64,000 bases of DNA, taken from the NCBI RefSeq assembly GCF_009914755.1, contig NC_060925.1. One strand, 5' to 3'. Within the stretch, counting starts at the first letter, position 1; each line of letters opens with the position of its first letter. This document shows, in pieces, positions 61,025 through 64,000 of the stretch. The translations under genes were made by a program, and so were the position numbers. Origin of the DNA: the human T2T-CHM13v2.0 reference genome, Homo sapiens. The notes beneath the pieces are model-generated. The model made no database searches and was not told the origin of the DNA. It saw nothing but the letters and a program-made list of their open reading frames with translations.

Positions 61025-62433
61025 GGGATTTTAAGTAAGAACATGACATAATAATTTAAGTTTTAGAAGTTTTACTTTGACAACAACATGAATAAAAGAT
61101 GAATGAGTAGCCAACTAAAGGAAAGAAGGTAAGAAAGGTAAATACGCAGGTTGGGGAAACAGTGGATGATCTTTTAGGAAGTAGAGTCGACAAGACTTAA
61201 TTAAGTAGAAGGGAGGGATAGGGAGAAGACCAGAGTTAAGGATGAGTTTCTGGCTGGGACAACTGAATTCATGACAGGACCATTCTTCAAGGTGGAAAAT
61301 ACTAGAGAGTGAGCAGGTTTGCAGAGGCAGAAAGAGGTAAGCTCAGTTTTGAACATATCAAAATTGAGATACATTTTAAAGCAACAAGAGGACTTGTGAA
61401 TGCCGAAAAGTTGACCTAGATATCAGGGAAAAGATCTTTGTTAGTCTCTGAGGACATCTCTCATATTAACAAAATGCAAGCTTGAGGGAACTATCCAAAA
61501 ATAAAACTGTCCATTCAATTTCTACAATATCATAGCAAGGGAAAGCTATACTCTTAGTGTCTCTTAGAAAGCTACACTCTGGTAGAGCTAAGTGTTCTGT
61601 TCCTTGTGATGTCATTCTTTTAGCAGTGCCACACCCAGTACACCACAGGGTGGGAGGACACAAGAAAAGGGCAAAACTCAGCTGGGCTGTGAAGTCAGTG
61701 GGTGGACCTGGGCAGGGCACTCATGACTTCTGGAAAATAGCCTAAGTCTACCTAATTCCCAAGCACACAGTATATTAACAGTTCATGTGCCAGGACACCA
61801 CAGCTTCCTGCCTTTAGCAGCAAGACTACACTCAGTACCAACACTTAGTATTAAATCTGCCTAAAGCCTTAGTAAAAATGGAGATAATAATAGTACCTGC
61901 TTCACAGAGTTCGTGAGCAGGAAGAGATAATGCATCATTAACACGAACCATAGTTCTTGACACACAGTCAACACTTAATAAATATTGGGTGATACTGGCA
62001 GTATCGATGGTAGTCATACTGATAACTCATAAGAATAATATGTTCTATTTCCCCCCATGGCACATGTTTACCTATGTAACAAACCTGCACATTCTGCAAA
62101 TGTACCTCTGAACTTAAAATAAAAAAAAAAGTTCCTGAACCTCTTAAATCTTCAAATGTGTACTTTTCCAAAGAAAATTTAGTGCTGAGCATACTCCCTG
62201 TTCGTCAGTGCACCTGAGAAGCCATTCGATAGCTAACTATCCTATATATACGGCATCTAGTGACTAAATTGAGATCTTTATTTTAATCTACTTGTTTATT
62301 TTTATTTGTTCTATGAAAACTTTTAAAGGTTTTCATTAATTTTACCATTTAACACATTAATAAAATGTAGGTGAATTCTTAGTTTAACTTATAATTTAGC
62401 TCATCACCCTGAAACAAATTTCAATAAATTTAA

Positions 62434-62857
<424 letters not shown>

Positions 62858-63042
62858 TCTCCAGTTTCTTAACACAGATCTCAATAAATATTTTTTGGAG
62901 GATTGAAGGGAGAGAAGTAGTATGAGATCTGGGGCTTTTAAGATCAAATGTCTATTGAGAGACTAAACTCCTTAGGAATCTCACCAGAAATAATATAACT
63001 AATATAATAGGAAGACTAAAATTATGCATAGGTGGCCTGACA

Positions 63043-63225
63043 ATGTTTCTCAAAATGTAGTCCCCACATCAGCACCATCCATGTCACCTGGGAACTTGTT
63101 AGATATGCAAATTCTGAGGCCCCACCTAAGACCTATTGAATCAGAAACTGGGGATGGGGCTAAGCAGTCTGTCTTAAGCCCTACAGGTGATTCTGATGAA
63201 CACTTAGGGTTGGAAACGTTTGAAA
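63043..63225. mobile_element. MER5A-like DNA transposon
   Basis: GTTTCTCAAAATGTAGTCCCC...GAATCAGAAACTGGGG...CAGGTGATTCTGATG. Confidence 0.75.
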
Positions 63226-64000
63226 ATGAAGGCACAAATACAGTCCATAGATACTATAAAGCCGCCAGGTGTTTAATATGGCAAAAACTAGGCAGATGTG
63301 TGCATTTGGTCAAAATAAAAACAGCTTTGCTCCCAGAATTCTACCTTTGCCTGGCATACTTCACACCATTTAACTGCAGGTTCTGTACAGGCATCTAAAT
63401 TTTCACTTCTTGTTAATTGCCCAAGAAAGAAATCTGAAAAGAAATCTTGTTACAGAAAAAATTGAAGGGAAATTGAATTAATCTTTGAGCCCCTTGATAG
63501 CAGAGACTGATCTTGTTCATTATTGAACCCCCATTTTCTATGACAGTGCCTAGCACATAGTACTCAATACCTATTTGGTGAATAGATGAGGCAATCTCAC
63601 ATGTGGGAAGGGCTGACCAAGGTGGGCCCTCAAGATGTCTGAAAGGGGCCAGGGGGAGGGTATGTGAGGAAGACATGGTTTCAGTCCCAGTTCTAGCCCT
63701 TGCAGCTGTGTGACCTTGCAATAGTTATTTAATCTAAGTGTTATTTTCCTTATATGTACAATAGGGATGGTAACAGTTTCTATCCCATAGAGGTATTCTA
63801 AGGATTAAAAGGGAAAATACATATAAAGGACACAGCAGAGTACCTGGGAAATTGTCAATAAGTGTTAGTTCTTATGGTTATTGTGATCATTTTTGTGGTT
63901 TTTACAATGACACTACTGTGGAGGAGTCAATGCTTAAGACTAAGGCCCCTGTGTCAATTGCCATTATAAGGATTTGTGCCTACCCTATATGGCAACCTAT

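Overview
Human/primate genomic DNA, AT-rich and dense in Alu, L1, MaLR/ERV and MIR repeats, at the TNFSF4 (OX40 ligand, CD252) locus. TNFSF4 lies on the minus strand. Coding exon 1 is 19276-19124, exon 2 is 669-621, and exon 3 lies outside the window to the left. A second first exon ending in ATG|GT at 17413-17411 would give an isoform without the transmembrane domain. The promoter carries two kappaB-like sites. The other ~44 kb is upstream regulatory and intergenic DNA. I found no new protein-coding gene and no prokaryote-type system. The most unusual structure is a composite L1PA5/6-like insertion at 39535-47277. It joins an unspliced 5' half, an inverted duplicate of the RT region copied from the same template, a segment copied from a spliced L1 RNA (donor-97/acceptor-976 type junction), a ~215-bp duplicated flank, and a 3' end. 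Other notable items are an L1 3' transduction in intron 1, an orphan mRNA 3'-end retrocopy, a hairpin-bounded 159-bp templated duplication, an AluYa5, and a strong splice acceptor 9 nt upstream of the TNFSF4 ATG that faces the L1 antisense promoter. Repeat subfamily names are recognised by eye and their boundaries are approximate.
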